From: Myxococcota bacterium
GTDB lineage: Bacteria; Myxococcota_A; UBA9160; JAFDDA01
Direction: 5' to 3'
Assembly (NCBI GenBank): GCA_965228475.1
Contig: OZ245817.1
Location: forward strand, 4,896,001-4,960,000
DNA: 64,000 nucleotides
In this document: positions 47,102 to 56,219 of the stretch, piece after piece
Position numbering within the stretch: the stretch's first letter is position 1
Layout of the letters: each line of letters opens with the position of its first letter
Position numbers and translations under genes: made by a program
The notes under the pieces: generated by a model
What the model was told of the DNA's origin: nothing
The model's database searches: none
What the model saw: only the letters and a program-made list of their open reading frames with translations

Positions 47102-48297
47102 GACGTGGCTCCTTTCGAAGATCCGAACGTTCCCTTTTCCGGCCCGATGCTCGCGACGATGGGCGCGAGCTTCTCTTCGTCGAAGCCGTAGACCCGCGCG
47201 GCGTTGCCGCCGAGCATGGCTTCGAGCTCGTCCTCGGGCAGGCCGTCGAAGGTCTCGTGCAGCTGCTCCGATGTCTCGGGCCAGGTGCCTTCGGGGTGCG
47301 GGAAGTCGCTTCCCCACATGATGTTGCCGACGCCGATTTCATGGCGGAGATCCGCCTCCCGGCGCGGCATGCAGGAGGCGCCGTAGAAGACGTTGCGCCG
47401 GAAGTACTCCGACGGCTTCATCGAGAGGTGCGAGCGGTAGTCGCCGAGCTTCGCCGCGTAGTGGGTTTCCTCGTAGCGGAAGTCGAGCAGCCGCATGAGC
47501 TCGGGCGCCCAGATGCAGGTGCCCTCGGTGATGGCGACCTTGAGGCGCGGGAAGCGCTCGAAGACGCCGGCCCAGACGAGATGGGTGAGCGGCCGCGCCG
47601 TCCACCAGGCGACCTCGGAGATGTAGATGCCGACCATGCCCGGGCCTTCGCCGAAGTCCTTCATCGGTGCGCCGCCCGAGTGGAAGTTCACGACGAGATC
47701 GTGGTCCTGGCAGGCGGCCCAGAGCGGGTCGTAGCGCGGGTCCTGGTAGGACGGGTTCGACCCCCAGTGGCACGGGAAGAGCACCGAGCGGAGCCCGTTC
47801 TCCCGCGCCCAGGCGATCTCGCGCACGGACTCCTCGACGTCCCAGAGCGCCGGCACGATCGCCACGCCCGCGCGCCGCTCGGGCGCCATCTGACAGAACT
47901 CCGCGAGCCAGCGGTTGTGCGCCCGCGCACCGGCCCACTGGAGCTCCGGCACGACCTCGTCGACCGGGAGCGAGAGGCCCGCGCCGAAGGGCGGCATGTT
48001 CATCTCGGTGATGCCGTCCGGGAAGATCACCTCCCCGGCGATGCCCTCGGCGTCCATCACCTTCGTGCGCTGGTCGTGGTCCCACGCGCCGGAGAGCGCT
48101 TCGTCGGCGAGGCCCGAGCGCCAGGCGTCGTTGGCTTCGTCGACGAGGAACTTCTTGGCCGCTTCCTTGGTGCGCTCGATCTGGATCGGCAGCGCGACGT
48201 CGAAGGCGTCCCGGTACTTCGGGTCGACGTACTCGCGGTAGCGGTCGGGCAGGAGGCCGGCGTGGCCGTCGGAGGAGAGGACGAGGTAGCGGTTCAT
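47098..48297 (-). CDS. Amidohydrolase-2 family protein
   Basis: SSDGH, GVFERFPRL, MWGSDFPHPEGTWP. Confidence 0.9.
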   Translation of the reverse strand: MNRYLVLSSDGHAGLLPDRYREYVDPKYRDAFDVALPIQIERTKEAAKKFLVDEANDAWRSGLADEALSGAWDHDQRTKVMDAEGIAGEVIFPDGITEMNMPPFGAGLSLPVDEVVPELQWAGARAHNRWLAEFCQMAPERRAGVAIVPALWDVEESVREIAWARENGLRSVLFPCHWGSNPSYQDPRYDPLWAACQDHDLVVNFHSGGAPMKDFGEGPGMVGIYISEVAWWTARPLTHLVWAGVFERFPRLKVAITEGTCIWAPELMRLLDFRYEETHYAAKLGDYRSHLSMKPSEYFRRNVFYGASCMPRREADLRHEIGVGNIMWGSDFPHPEGTWPETSEQLHETFDGLPEDELEAMLGGNAARVYGFDEEKLAPIVASIGPEKGTFGSSKGATS

Positions 48298-49256
48298 GTG
48301 ACGGGCTCCGAGTAGAACTGCTTCGTCCACTGACGGAAGTGGGCGAGGTAGGTGTCGGCTTCGCAAAGCACCGGCCGGGCCCGGTGCACCTTGTTCTTCC
48401 AGATGCGCAGGTCTTCGAGGACGCCCTTCGTGAGCCCCGTCATCCACTCCTCGCCCGCGACGTCGGCCATGTTGTTCGTGACCGTGAGCGCCCAGCGCGA
48501 GATGCAGTTCTCGGCGTCGATCGGCGTGGTCGAGGTGAACATCAGGAGGCCCGCGCCGGGGATGCCCTTCGTGCGCACGCTCGAGATTCCGATCTGCCAG
48601 GTGTCGCGTTCGAGCACCGTGTGGAACGTTCCGAAGGGCGTCTTCCGCTCGCCCTCGTCGGTGATGCGGAAGAAGCGGCTGTCCTCGCCGAACTCGATCT
48701 TCGACTGCTCGGGCAGGTCCTGCATGCTGTGGACGTAGTGGAAGTGGACCGGATCGCAGTTGTTCTCGCTCATCTCCTGGAGATGGGCGGGGACCTCCAT
48801 CTCGTGGAGCCGCGGCTCCGTCCACTCGGCGTCCGAGAACTCGGGCATGATCGGGACGTCCCACTCGGGCGCCTTCCCCTCGGCGTGGTACCAGACGAAG
48901 ATCATCCGGTTCGCCTCGAGCACCGGCCAGGCGCGCACGCGCGCGCGCGGCGGGATCTTCTCGCAGTAGGGGATCTCGACGCACTCGCCCGTGTCGCCAT
49001 CGAAGCGCCAGGCGTGGAACGGACAGCGCAGCGTGTTGCCGTGCACTCGCCCGCCTTCGCCGAGGTGGGCGCCGAGGTGCGGGCAGTAGGCGTCGAGCAC
49101 CTTCGCTTCGCCTTCGCGCGAGCGGAAGAGCACCAGGTCTTCACCGAAGACGCGCGTCGGCTTCACGTCGCCCGGCAGGAGATCCCGGCTCCACCCGACG
49201 GCGAACCAGCCGTTGGGCAGGGGCAACGCGGTGTGGTGTCGGCTCTCGGTGTTCAT
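48294..49256 (-). CDS. Rieske oxygenase (KshA/Neverland-like)
   Basis: CPHLG...CPFHAW Rieske; ENNCDPVHFHYVH iron site; DLRIWKNK. Confidence 0.9.
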   Translation of the reverse strand: MNTESRHHTALPLPNGWFAVGWSRDLLPGDVKPTRVFGEDLVLFRSREGEAKVLDAYCPHLGAHLGEGGRVHGNTLRCPFHAWRFDGDTGECVEIPYCEKIPPRARVRAWPVLEANRMIFVWYHAEGKAPEWDVPIMPEFSDAEWTEPRLHEMEVPAHLQEMSENNCDPVHFHYVHSMQDLPEQSKIEFGEDSRFFRITDEGERKTPFGTFHTVLERDTWQIGISSVRTKGIPGAGLLMFTSTTPIDAENCISRWALTVTNNMADVAGEEWMTGLTKGVLEDLRIWKNKVHRARPVLCEADTYLAHFRQWTKQFYSEPVT

Positions 49257-49882
49257 GCCTGTTCTCCGTCGAGGGCGATGGCGCTGGCGAGAAAGCGGCC
49301 CGCTGCGGTGGCGCGCTCGCGCAGCGGATAGCCTTCGAAGTTCGTCCAGGAGAGCATCAGCGCGTAGTACGCGCCGAGGAGCATCTCGACGAGGGTCTCC
49401 TCGTCGTGTTCACGGGTCACGTCGCCGGCCTCGAGTCCGTCGCGGACGATGCCGGCCAGGGAGTCGTGGAGCTTCTGCGCGACGCCCTCGGGGTGGTTCG
49501 CGTGGGTGAAGCGGATGATCTCGTGGACGAGCTCCGGGCGCAGGGCGCCGGCGTCCTCGCAGCGATCGGCGAGCCACTCGAAGAAGCAGCGGATGCGCTC
49601 GCGCGAGGTCATCGGCTGCTTGCGCAGCTCCTCGACCCCGGCGAGGTGCTCGTCCATGGCGAAGCGCGCGATCGCTTCGAGCAGGTGCTGCTTCGAGGGG
49701 AAGTGGTTGAAGAAGGTCTTGTGGGCGACGTCCGCGCGTTCGCTGATCTCGCTGACCTTGGTGGCTTCGAAGCCCTGCTCGTCGAACAGGGCGATGGCGG
49801 CGGCGACGATGCGCCCGCGCACCTCGAGCTTGCGTCGTTCGCGGCGCGAGAGGGTCGGGTCCAGGGCGTCGAGGTCCGTCAT
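49253..49882 (-). CDS. TetR-family regulator
   Basis: RRERRK...GFEATKVSEI...TFFNHFPSK. Confidence 0.92.
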   Translation of the reverse strand: MTDLDALDPTLSRRERRKLEVRGRIVAAAIALFDEQGFEATKVSEISERADVAHKTFFNHFPSKQHLLEAIARFAMDEHLAGVEELRKQPMTSRERIRCFFEWLADRCEDAGALRPELVHEIIRFTHANHPEGVAQKLHDSLAGIVRDGLEAGDVTREHDEETLVEMLLGAYYALMLSWTNFEGYPLRERATAAGRFLASAIALDGEQA

Positions 49883-49989
49883 CGCCGGGATCCTGACACT
49901 GCCTGCACTCGATTGCAAGAGTATATTCGAGTGTAACTATGTCCCCGGCAGGGAAATTTCCGCTGCAAAAACGGAACCTTGGACGATGG

Positions 49990-51066
49990 CTAGGGCGCCG
50001 TGCCGGAGGGGCCGGGGAGGCCCGAGGTGAAGCCCGGCAGGAATTTGATGAAGTCGTCGACGTTCACGAAGCCGTCGCTCGTCATGTCCGTGCCGGATCC
50101 GGAGTCGAAGCCGCTCTGGAAGTCCGGGAGGAAGACGAGGAAGTCGTCGACGTTGCAGAACCCGTCGCCGGTGAAGTCGCAGTCGCAGCAGTCGCCGTAC
50201 TGGTCGCCGTCCGCGTCGTCCTGGTTCGGGTTGAACTCGTTGATGCAGTTGTCGTCGGCGTCGCTGACGCCGTCGCCGTCGGAGTCCGAGAAGGGCATCA
50301 CCGAGATGGCGTCGAGGTTGGCCCCCGCCCAGGCGCCGTGCTCGGCGTCGCCGTCGTAGCTGAGCTCCCAGGTTCCGCCGACCGGGTCGTACTCGAGCAC
50401 GTCCTCGTCGGCAAAGGTCACGCCGCCGACGGTCCCGCCCGTGTCGAAGGAGAGCAGCAGGTTGCCGTTGATCGAAAGGCGATCCGCTCCGTCGAGGTCG
50501 AGGGCCGTGCCGACGCCCGCCGCCGAGCCGTCGAAGAACAGGCTGAAGGCGCCGGTTCCCGCGTCGAAGCGCACGAGATCCTCGTCGTGGGCCACGACGC
50601 CGCCCGCGAGGGCGACGGTGATGTCGAAGGAGAGGAGCAGGTCGCCGTCCTCGGCGCGAGCCACGGCGTCGACGCGCGCGCCGGCGGGCACGCCGTTGGC
50701 AGCTGCGTCGAACTCGAGGGAATAGGTGGCGCCGTCCCAGCGCGCGACGTCCGCTCGCGTGGTGACGCCGGCGCCCGGCAGGTTCGTCGTGATGTCGAGG
50801 GAGAGCAGCCGGTCGGTGCCGCCGCCGTCGTGGGTGGCATCGAGATCCGCGGCGCCGGGCACGGGGCCGACGTCGAGCAGGTTCACCGTGCCGGCGAGGT
50901 CATCCTCGGCGACGTCTTCGTGCATGACGGTCTGGCCGCCGAGGTTCACCGTGATGTCCGGCGAAACGTCGAGGGCGGGAAGCGATGTGGCCGCGGTCGC
51001 CGGGGATGCCACGGAAAGCGCGAGCGCGGCGAGAGCGGAGAGGGACCAACCTTGGAGCTTCGACAT
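49990..51066 (-). CDS. Secreted acidic Ca-binding repeat protein (TSP3 plus dockerin/EF-hand-like C terminus)
   Basis: Signal peptide; LLLSFD repeats; DSDGDGVSDADDNC; two DxTxDGxxNVDDF motifs. Confidence 0.75.
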   Translation of the reverse strand: MSKLQGWSLSALAALALSVASPATAATSLPALDVSPDITVNLGGQTVMHEDVAEDDLAGTVNLLDVGPVPGAADLDATHDGGGTDRLLSLDITTNLPGAGVTTRADVARWDGATYSLEFDAAANGVPAGARVDAVARAEDGDLLLSFDITVALAGGVVAHDEDLVRFDAGTGAFSLFFDGSAAGVGTALDLDGADRLSINGNLLLSFDTGGTVGGVTFADEDVLEYDPVGGTWELSYDGDAEHGAWAGANLDAISVMPFSDSDGDGVSDADDNCINEFNPNQDDADGDQYGDCCDCDFTGDGFCNVDDFLVFLPDFQSGFDSGSGTDMTSDGFVNVDDFIKFLPGFTSGLPGPSGTAP

Positions 51067-51107
51067 CAGGGCCTCCAGCCGCCGGGTCGGCCCGGCTTCC
51101 AGGCCCC

Positions 51108-52283
51108 TCAATCTATCATGGATGGCCGAGCCGCCTCGCGGTCCGATTCCCCTGCGTCGACGAGGGTTTCGAGGAGCCCGAGGGTGCGCTCGGCCAGCTC
51201 CGGCCAGGCGTGGTGGCGCTCGAGATGGGCGCGCCCGGCCGCGCCGAGCCGCCGCGCGAGGCCACGGTCTTCGAGCAACAGGCAGAGGGCGTCGGCCCAG
51301 TCCTCGGCGCCGGCCGTGTCCGGGAGCAGCCAGGCCTCGCGTGCGTGGGTGAGGCCCGCGGCCACGCCGGCGTGCGCGAGCACGGGGCGCCCCGCCTCCA
51401 GGTAGTTCAGGAGCTTGATCGGGAAGCCGCCGGGGAGTCGGCGCGGAAGCACGGCCGCGCCGCAGGCGTGCAGCAGTGTGCGGACCTCCCGGGGGTTTGC
51501 GATCTCGAGAACCTCGAGGTGGGCGAAGTCCGCACCCTCCGCGTCGTGGGTCGCGACGACGACGCGCGTCTCGGGGATCCGCGCCGCCGCCGCGTCGAGG
51601 GTGGCGAGGTCCTGGTAGCCGTCGACGTTTCCCGCATAGAGCACGAAGGCGCCGGGCTCGAGGCCATGCCGCTTGCATGCGCCGAGCTGCTCGTCGCTCC
51701 CGATCTCCGGGCCGGGCACCAGACCCGGAGGGATGCATTCGACCGGCCCCCGCGCGAAGGGAGCCAGGGCAGCGCTCGCGGCTTCGCACAGCGTCACGAC
51801 CGCGTCGGCGCGCCCGGCCAGGAAACGCTCGAGCTTCCCGCCCGCGGAGGCGAGTGCCCGCGCCGCGGAGGCCCGCCCGTAGGTCGGCAGCTCGTGACAC
51901 AGGAGCGTGTGGGCGAGATAGACCACCGGTGCATCGAGGAAGCGCCGCACGAGCAGGGCGGCCGCGGTGGCCTCGGCGTTGTGGGCGACGACGGCGTCGA
52001 AGGGTTCACGCCGCGCGCTGCGCAGGAGGTGCCTCGCGAGGGCGAGGTCCGCGATCGCCTTCTTCGGGTGCGGACGCGAGCGCAGGCCCTGCGGCGTCAC
52101 CGCCGCCGAGGTCCGCACCGTCGGAAGATCCGTCTCCCCGCGCGAGGCCTCGCCCGTCGCGCCGTAACAGAAGAGCGTCACGTCCGCGCCCGTTTCTTCG
52201 AGGGCGCGCGCCTGTTCGGCGACGAAGACCTGGGAGCCCTGGTGCGAAGGGAACGGCGCCGCGAGGACCAGCGCGATGCGCAC
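51108..52283 (-). CDS. GT4 glycosyltransferase
   Basis: YAGNVDGYQD, GFPIKLLNYLEAGRPV. Confidence 0.85.
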   Translation of the reverse strand: MRIALVLAAPFPSHQGSQVFVAEQARALEETGADVTLFCYGATGEASRGETDLPTVRTSAAVTPQGLRSRPHPKKAIADLALARHLLRSARREPFDAVVAHNAEATAAALLVRRFLDAPVVYLAHTLLCHELPTYGRASAARALASAGGKLERFLAGRADAVVTLCEAASAALAPFARGPVECIPPGLVPGPEIGSDEQLGACKRHGLEPGAFVLYAGNVDGYQDLATLDAAAARIPETRVVVATHDAEGADFAHLEVLEIANPREVRTLLHACGAAVLPRRLPGGFPIKLLNYLEAGRPVLAHAGVAAGLTHAREAWLLPDTAGAEDWADALCLLLEDRGLARRLGAAGRAHLERHHAWPELAERTLGLLETLVDAGESDREAARPSMID

Positions 52284-52285
52284 GG

Positions 52286-53089
52286 CTAGCGGCGTCGCGA
52301 CACGCGCGCCAGGCGGCGTCGCGGCGCGCGGCCGAGTTCCCGGCGGAAGCGCACCAGCTCGTGGAGCGCGCGCCAGATCACGCGGGGCCGTGCGCCGCTC
52401 TGGCGCCCGTGGCGGCGCGGGCGGTGGGAGACCGGCACCTGGTGGATGCGGAAGCCCGCGAGCTGCGCGCGCAGCAGGATCTCGGTGTTCACGAAGGCGC
52501 CGACCGAGCGCAGGTCGATCCCGTCGAGCACTTCGCGGCGGAAGAGCTTGAAGGCGCAGTCGATGTCGCGCACGCGCAGGCCGAAGACGATCCGCACGAG
52601 GCTTCCCCAGCCGAAGGCGAGGAAGCGGCGCGGCCAGGGGTCGCGCCGGGGCGCGCGGTAGCCGGCGACGACGTCGAACTCGTCGGCGTGGTCGAGGAGC
52701 TCGCGGAGCTCGGCGAGGTCGAACTGGAGGTCCGCGTCGCTGAAGAAGACGAGCCGCCCGCGCGCCGCGCCCAGGCCCGTGCGCAAGGCGGCGCCATAGC
52801 CGCGGTTCGCCGCGTGGGAGACGAGCCGGACGCGCGGGTCGCCGCCGCGGGCGCGCTCCACCGCCTCCCCGCTGCCGTCGCGCGAGCCGTCGTCGACGAT
52901 CACCACCTCGAAGCTCGCCGCGAGCTGCGGCGCGAGCTCGCGGGTGTGCGCGAGCAGGGGCACGACGTTCGGGGCCTCGTCGAACATCGGATAGATGATC
53001 GAGAGCTCGGGGGCTTCGGCGGCGGGGTCCGGCGTCGCGGGCGCGGCGGCGCCGGCGACGCCGGCCAGCGCTCGGGAGGGCTCCGTCAT
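52286..53089 (-). CDS. GT2 glycosyltransferase (polyprenol-phosphate type)
   Basis: IVDDGSRD, NRGYGAAL, DADLQF, DIDCAFKLF. Confidence 0.9.
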   Translation of the reverse strand: MTEPSRALAGVAGAAAPATPDPAAEAPELSIIYPMFDEAPNVVPLLAHTRELAPQLAASFEVVIVDDGSRDGSGEAVERARGGDPRVRLVSHAANRGYGAALRTGLGAARGRLVFFSDADLQFDLAELRELLDHADEFDVVAGYRAPRRDPWPRRFLAFGWGSLVRIVFGLRVRDIDCAFKLFRREVLDGIDLRSVGAFVNTEILLRAQLAGFRIHQVPVSHRPRRHGRQSGARPRVIWRALHELVRFRRELGRAPRRRLARVSRRR

Positions 53090-54723
53090 TCGATGTAGCC
53101 GAGGGCGCGCAGCCGTGCGGCCACCTGCGCCTCCTCCTCTTCCGTATAGGGCGCGGCGTCGGCGCCGGGGCCCTCGTTCTCGTCCTGCCACGCGAGCCCC
53201 ATCGCCCGCGCGAGGACCGGCGCGCAGCCCGCCAGGCCCGCAGGCAACGTAGCAACCGCCGCCTCGCTGCCCGCCGCAAACCAGATGCCGTCGCGGCGGT
53301 GGGTGCCGTTCATGCCGTAGCCGCGCCCGCCGGCGAGGGCTTCGCCCTCGAGGCTCGTGACGCTCCCGGCCGCCGGATCGTTCCAGGGCGTCGGGACGAG
53401 GGAGTGGGCATAGCCCCCTTCCAGGGCGAGCTCGACGACGACGTCCGGCGCGCGCCCGACGTGCGGGCCTTCGTAGACCTCCTCGCGCCGGCGCGCCCGC
53501 TCGACCACGCGTGCGCCGCCCGGGAGCTTCCAATCGAGGAGGGCGGCGACCACGTCGTCGCGCACGCGCTCGTAGTCGCCCGCGGCGACCGAGCCCTCGG
53601 CCTCGCGCCCCGCGAGGTTGATCCAGACCCCGGGCTGGGTGTTCACCTCCTCGGAGAAGGCCACGGTCTTCGCCCAGTCGTTTCCGGCGAAGCGCACCGC
53701 GCTCTCCCAGCGAGCGGCGGCGCCCCGCGCGCGCCGGAAGGTCCACTGGGCGAGGCGGGGTGGCAGGTGGCGCACCACCGCATCCCGCGCGAGGCGCGCC
53801 ACGCCGTCGAAGCGCCCCGCCGCGCCCGGCGCCCGGGTGAGGAGGCCGCAATCCGCGAGGTACCGGTTCGCGTGGACGACGCGCCGGGAGGCGCCGCCCG
53901 TCCCGTGGTCCGAGACGACGAAGCACGCCGCGTCCTCGCCGAAGCGCGCGCGGATCTCGCCACAGGCCGCATCGAGGGCCACGTAGACGTCTTCGACGGC
54001 GCGCTTGCGCGCGGCGCTCGCGCCGGGGTCGTGGCGCGGCGAGTCCGGGTCGTGATCGCGCCAGTAGTGGTGCGCCACGGTGTCGCTCTCGGCGAAGACG
54101 ATGCAGGCGAGGTCCGGCCGCTCTCCCATCTCGTCGAGCGCGGCAAGGGTGAAGTCCCTCTTGCGCTCGATCCGGGCGAGCAGCGTTTCCCGGGCGCGCT
54201 CGTGCCAGGCGGCCTCGTCGGCGTCGTCCCCGAGCGGGGTCTCCATCCAGGGCCCGACCCGGGCGGCGATGCGCCGGTAGAGGGCCGGGTCGCTCGCCCG
54301 GGAGGGGTCCGTCCCGGCCGAGACCGGCGCGTCGAAGCCGGCGACGAGCAGCCCACGGAGCGGCTCCGGCGGGTGGGTCGCCGGCATCCCGAGCACGAGG
54401 ACCCGGCCGCCGGCCCGGCAGACCCGGGTGAAGAGGCTCGCCCCGTCCCGGTCCGCGGCGTTCACGAAGCGGACCCGGTAGGCGCCCGGGACCTTCTGGG
54501 TGAAGTCGAAGATCCCGTGCCGGCCCGGGCTCCGGCCCGTCATGAAGCTCGACCAGGCCGGGAAGGTCATGGGCGGGACGGTGCTCGGGAGGGGGGCTGC
54601 GGCCCCAGCCCGGCGCCAGGCGGCCAGGTTCGGCAGCCGCCCCGCCGCGATCAGCGGGTCGATCACGTCGAAGGTGGCCCCGTCCAGGGCAAGCACCAGG
54701 GCGGGGGCGAGGCGGCTCGACAC
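53086..54723 (-). CDS. Alkaline-phosphatase superfamily (type I phosphodiesterase-like) protein
   Basis: LDGAT, STVPPMTFPAW, VSDHG, GTHRRDG, RLRALGYI. Confidence 0.88.
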   Translation of the reverse strand: MSSRLAPALVLALDGATFDVIDPLIAAGRLPNLAAWRRAGAAAPLPSTVPPMTFPAWSSFMTGRSPGRHGIFDFTQKVPGAYRVRFVNAADRDGASLFTRVCRAGGRVLVLGMPATHPPEPLRGLLVAGFDAPVSAGTDPSRASDPALYRRIAARVGPWMETPLGDDADEAAWHERARETLLARIERKRDFTLAALDEMGERPDLACIVFAESDTVAHHYWRDHDPDSPRHDPGASAARKRAVEDVYVALDAACGEIRARFGEDAACFVVSDHGTGGASRRVVHANRYLADCGLLTRAPGAAGRFDGVARLARDAVVRHLPPRLAQWTFRRARGAAARWESAVRFAGNDWAKTVAFSEEVNTQPGVWINLAGREAEGSVAAGDYERVRDDVVAALLDWKLPGGARVVERARRREEVYEGPHVGRAPDVVVELALEGGYAHSLVPTPWNDPAAGSVTSLEGEALAGGRGYGMNGTHRRDGIWFAAGSEAAVATLPAGLAGCAPVLARAMGLAWQDENEGPGADAAPYTEEEEAQVAARLRALGYIE

Positions 54724-54845
54724 GGAAGGGGCTTCCTCCTATATTCCGCGGCCTTCCGGAGCTTCGAGGCATCTGCATGCGCCTCGCCGCTTCCCTTTAC
54801 CGAGAGCTCGCAGCGAGCTCCTACCGCCGAATTCCGGAGCACAGC

Positions 54846-55490
54846 GTGGCCATCGAACTCCTCTGCCGCAAGGTCGGCATGACCCAGATCTACGACGAGC
54901 AGGGAAATTGCATCCCGGTGACCGTGCTCGACGCCGCCGACAACCAGGTCGTCCAGAAGAAGACGGTCGAGACCGACGGCTACAGCGCCGTCCAGCTCGG
55001 CGGTGCCGGCTCGCGGCCGAACCGCGTCGTCGCCAAGGGCGAGCTCGGCCACTTCGAGAAGGCCGGCGTCGCGCCCACGCGCGCCGTCGTCGAGAGCCGC
55101 CTGACCGAGGAGGAGGTCGCCGGCTACGAAACCGGGCAGGCGATCGCCGCGCCGGACCTCTTCGAGAAGGGCCAGCGCGTCGACGTGATCGGCACCTCGA
55201 AGGGCCGCGGCACCGCGGGCGTCGTGAAGCGCCACAACTTCGCGGTGAAGCGCCGCACCCACGGTACCCACGAATACTTCCGCCACGGCGGTGCCATCGG
55301 CGCCGGCGCGTACCCCGGCAAGGTCATCAAGGGCATCGGCATGCCCGGCCGCTACGGGAACGAGCGCGTCACCGTGCGGAACCTCGAAGTCGTCGAGATC
55401 GACGGCGACAAGAGCCTGCTCTTCGTGCGCGGCGCCGTGCCGGGCCACCGCAACGCGGTGGTGCGGGTGCGCAAGGCCCTCGCGGGCTAG
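54846..55490 (+). CDS. rplC: 50S ribosomal protein L3 (outside the S10 operon)
   Basis: KVGMTQ, PVTVL, DGYSAVQLG, VDVIGTSKGRG, MPGRYG, VRGAVPG. Confidence 0.95.
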   Translation: MAIELLCRKVGMTQIYDEQGNCIPVTVLDAADNQVVQKKTVETDGYSAVQLGGAGSRPNRVVAKGELGHFEKAGVAPTRAVVESRLTEEEVAGYETGQAIAAPDLFEKGQRVDVIGTSKGRGTAGVVKRHNFAVKRRTHGTHEYFRHGGAIGAGAYPGKVIKGIGMPGRYGNERVTVRNLEVVEIDGDKSLLFVRGAVPGHRNAVVRVRKALAG

Positions 55491-55508
55491 CGCCGCTCCG
55501 GCCCCGCC

Positions 55509-56105
55509 ACGGCCTACGACCGCAAGGACGCCTACCACCAGCGCGCGAAGCGCGAAGGCTTCCGCTCGCGCGCGGCCTACAAGCTGCAGGAGATCCAGAA
55601 GGCCCAGCGCGTGCTCGCGCGCGGGAACCGCGCGGTCGACCTCGGCTGCTGGCCGGGCGGCTGGCTCCAGGTCGCGTCGCAGCTCGTCGGCCCGAAGGGC
55701 CGCGTCGTCGGCATCGACAAGGCCGAGATCGACCCGCCGCTCGGGCTCGAGAACGTCACCGCCCTCACGGGCGACCTCGAAGAGCCCGAAACCGCCGCCA
55801 CCCTGCTCGACGCCCTCGGCGGCCCCGCCGACGTGCTCCTCTCCGACGCCGCCCCGAAGCTCACCGGCATCCGCGACACCGACCGCGCCAACGAAGAGCG
55901 CCTGCTCGAGGCGATCGAAACCCTCGTCCCGGCGCTCCTGCGCCCGGGCGGCAGCCTGCTCGTGAAGATCCTCGAAGGTCCGGAAGCCCAGGCCATCGAC
56001 AAACGCATCCGGCGCGGCTTCGACCAGGCCCGCACCGTGAAGCCCAAGGCCAGCCGCAAGGGAACGACCGAGCGCTATCTGCTGGCGCGGGGGCGGAAGG
56101 CGTAG
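55509..56105 (+). CDS. rlmE: 23S rRNA Um2552 methyltransferase; apparent ACG start
   Basis: DAYHQRAKREGFRSRAAYKL lies upstream of the track start; DLGCWPGGW, LSDAAP, KPKASR. Confidence 0.85.
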   Translation, partial: TAYDRKDAYHQRAKREGFRSRAAYKLQEIQKAQRVLARGNRAVDLGCWPGGWLQVASQLVGPKGRVVGIDKAEIDPPLGLENVTALTGDLEEPETAATLLDALGGPADVLLSDAAPKLTGIRDTDRANEERLLEAIETLVPALLRPGGSLLVKILEGPEAQAIDKRIRRGFDQARTVKPKASRKGTTERYLLARGRKA

Positions 56106-56219
56106 GGCGCTTTCCGCCGGGGACGAGTGTGGGGTTCCGCCCATGTCCTCTGAGTGACTTATCGACCGCGCTCGATCACACTAGGATGCTTCGTGTGCTT
56201 CGGAACATGGGGGAATGCC

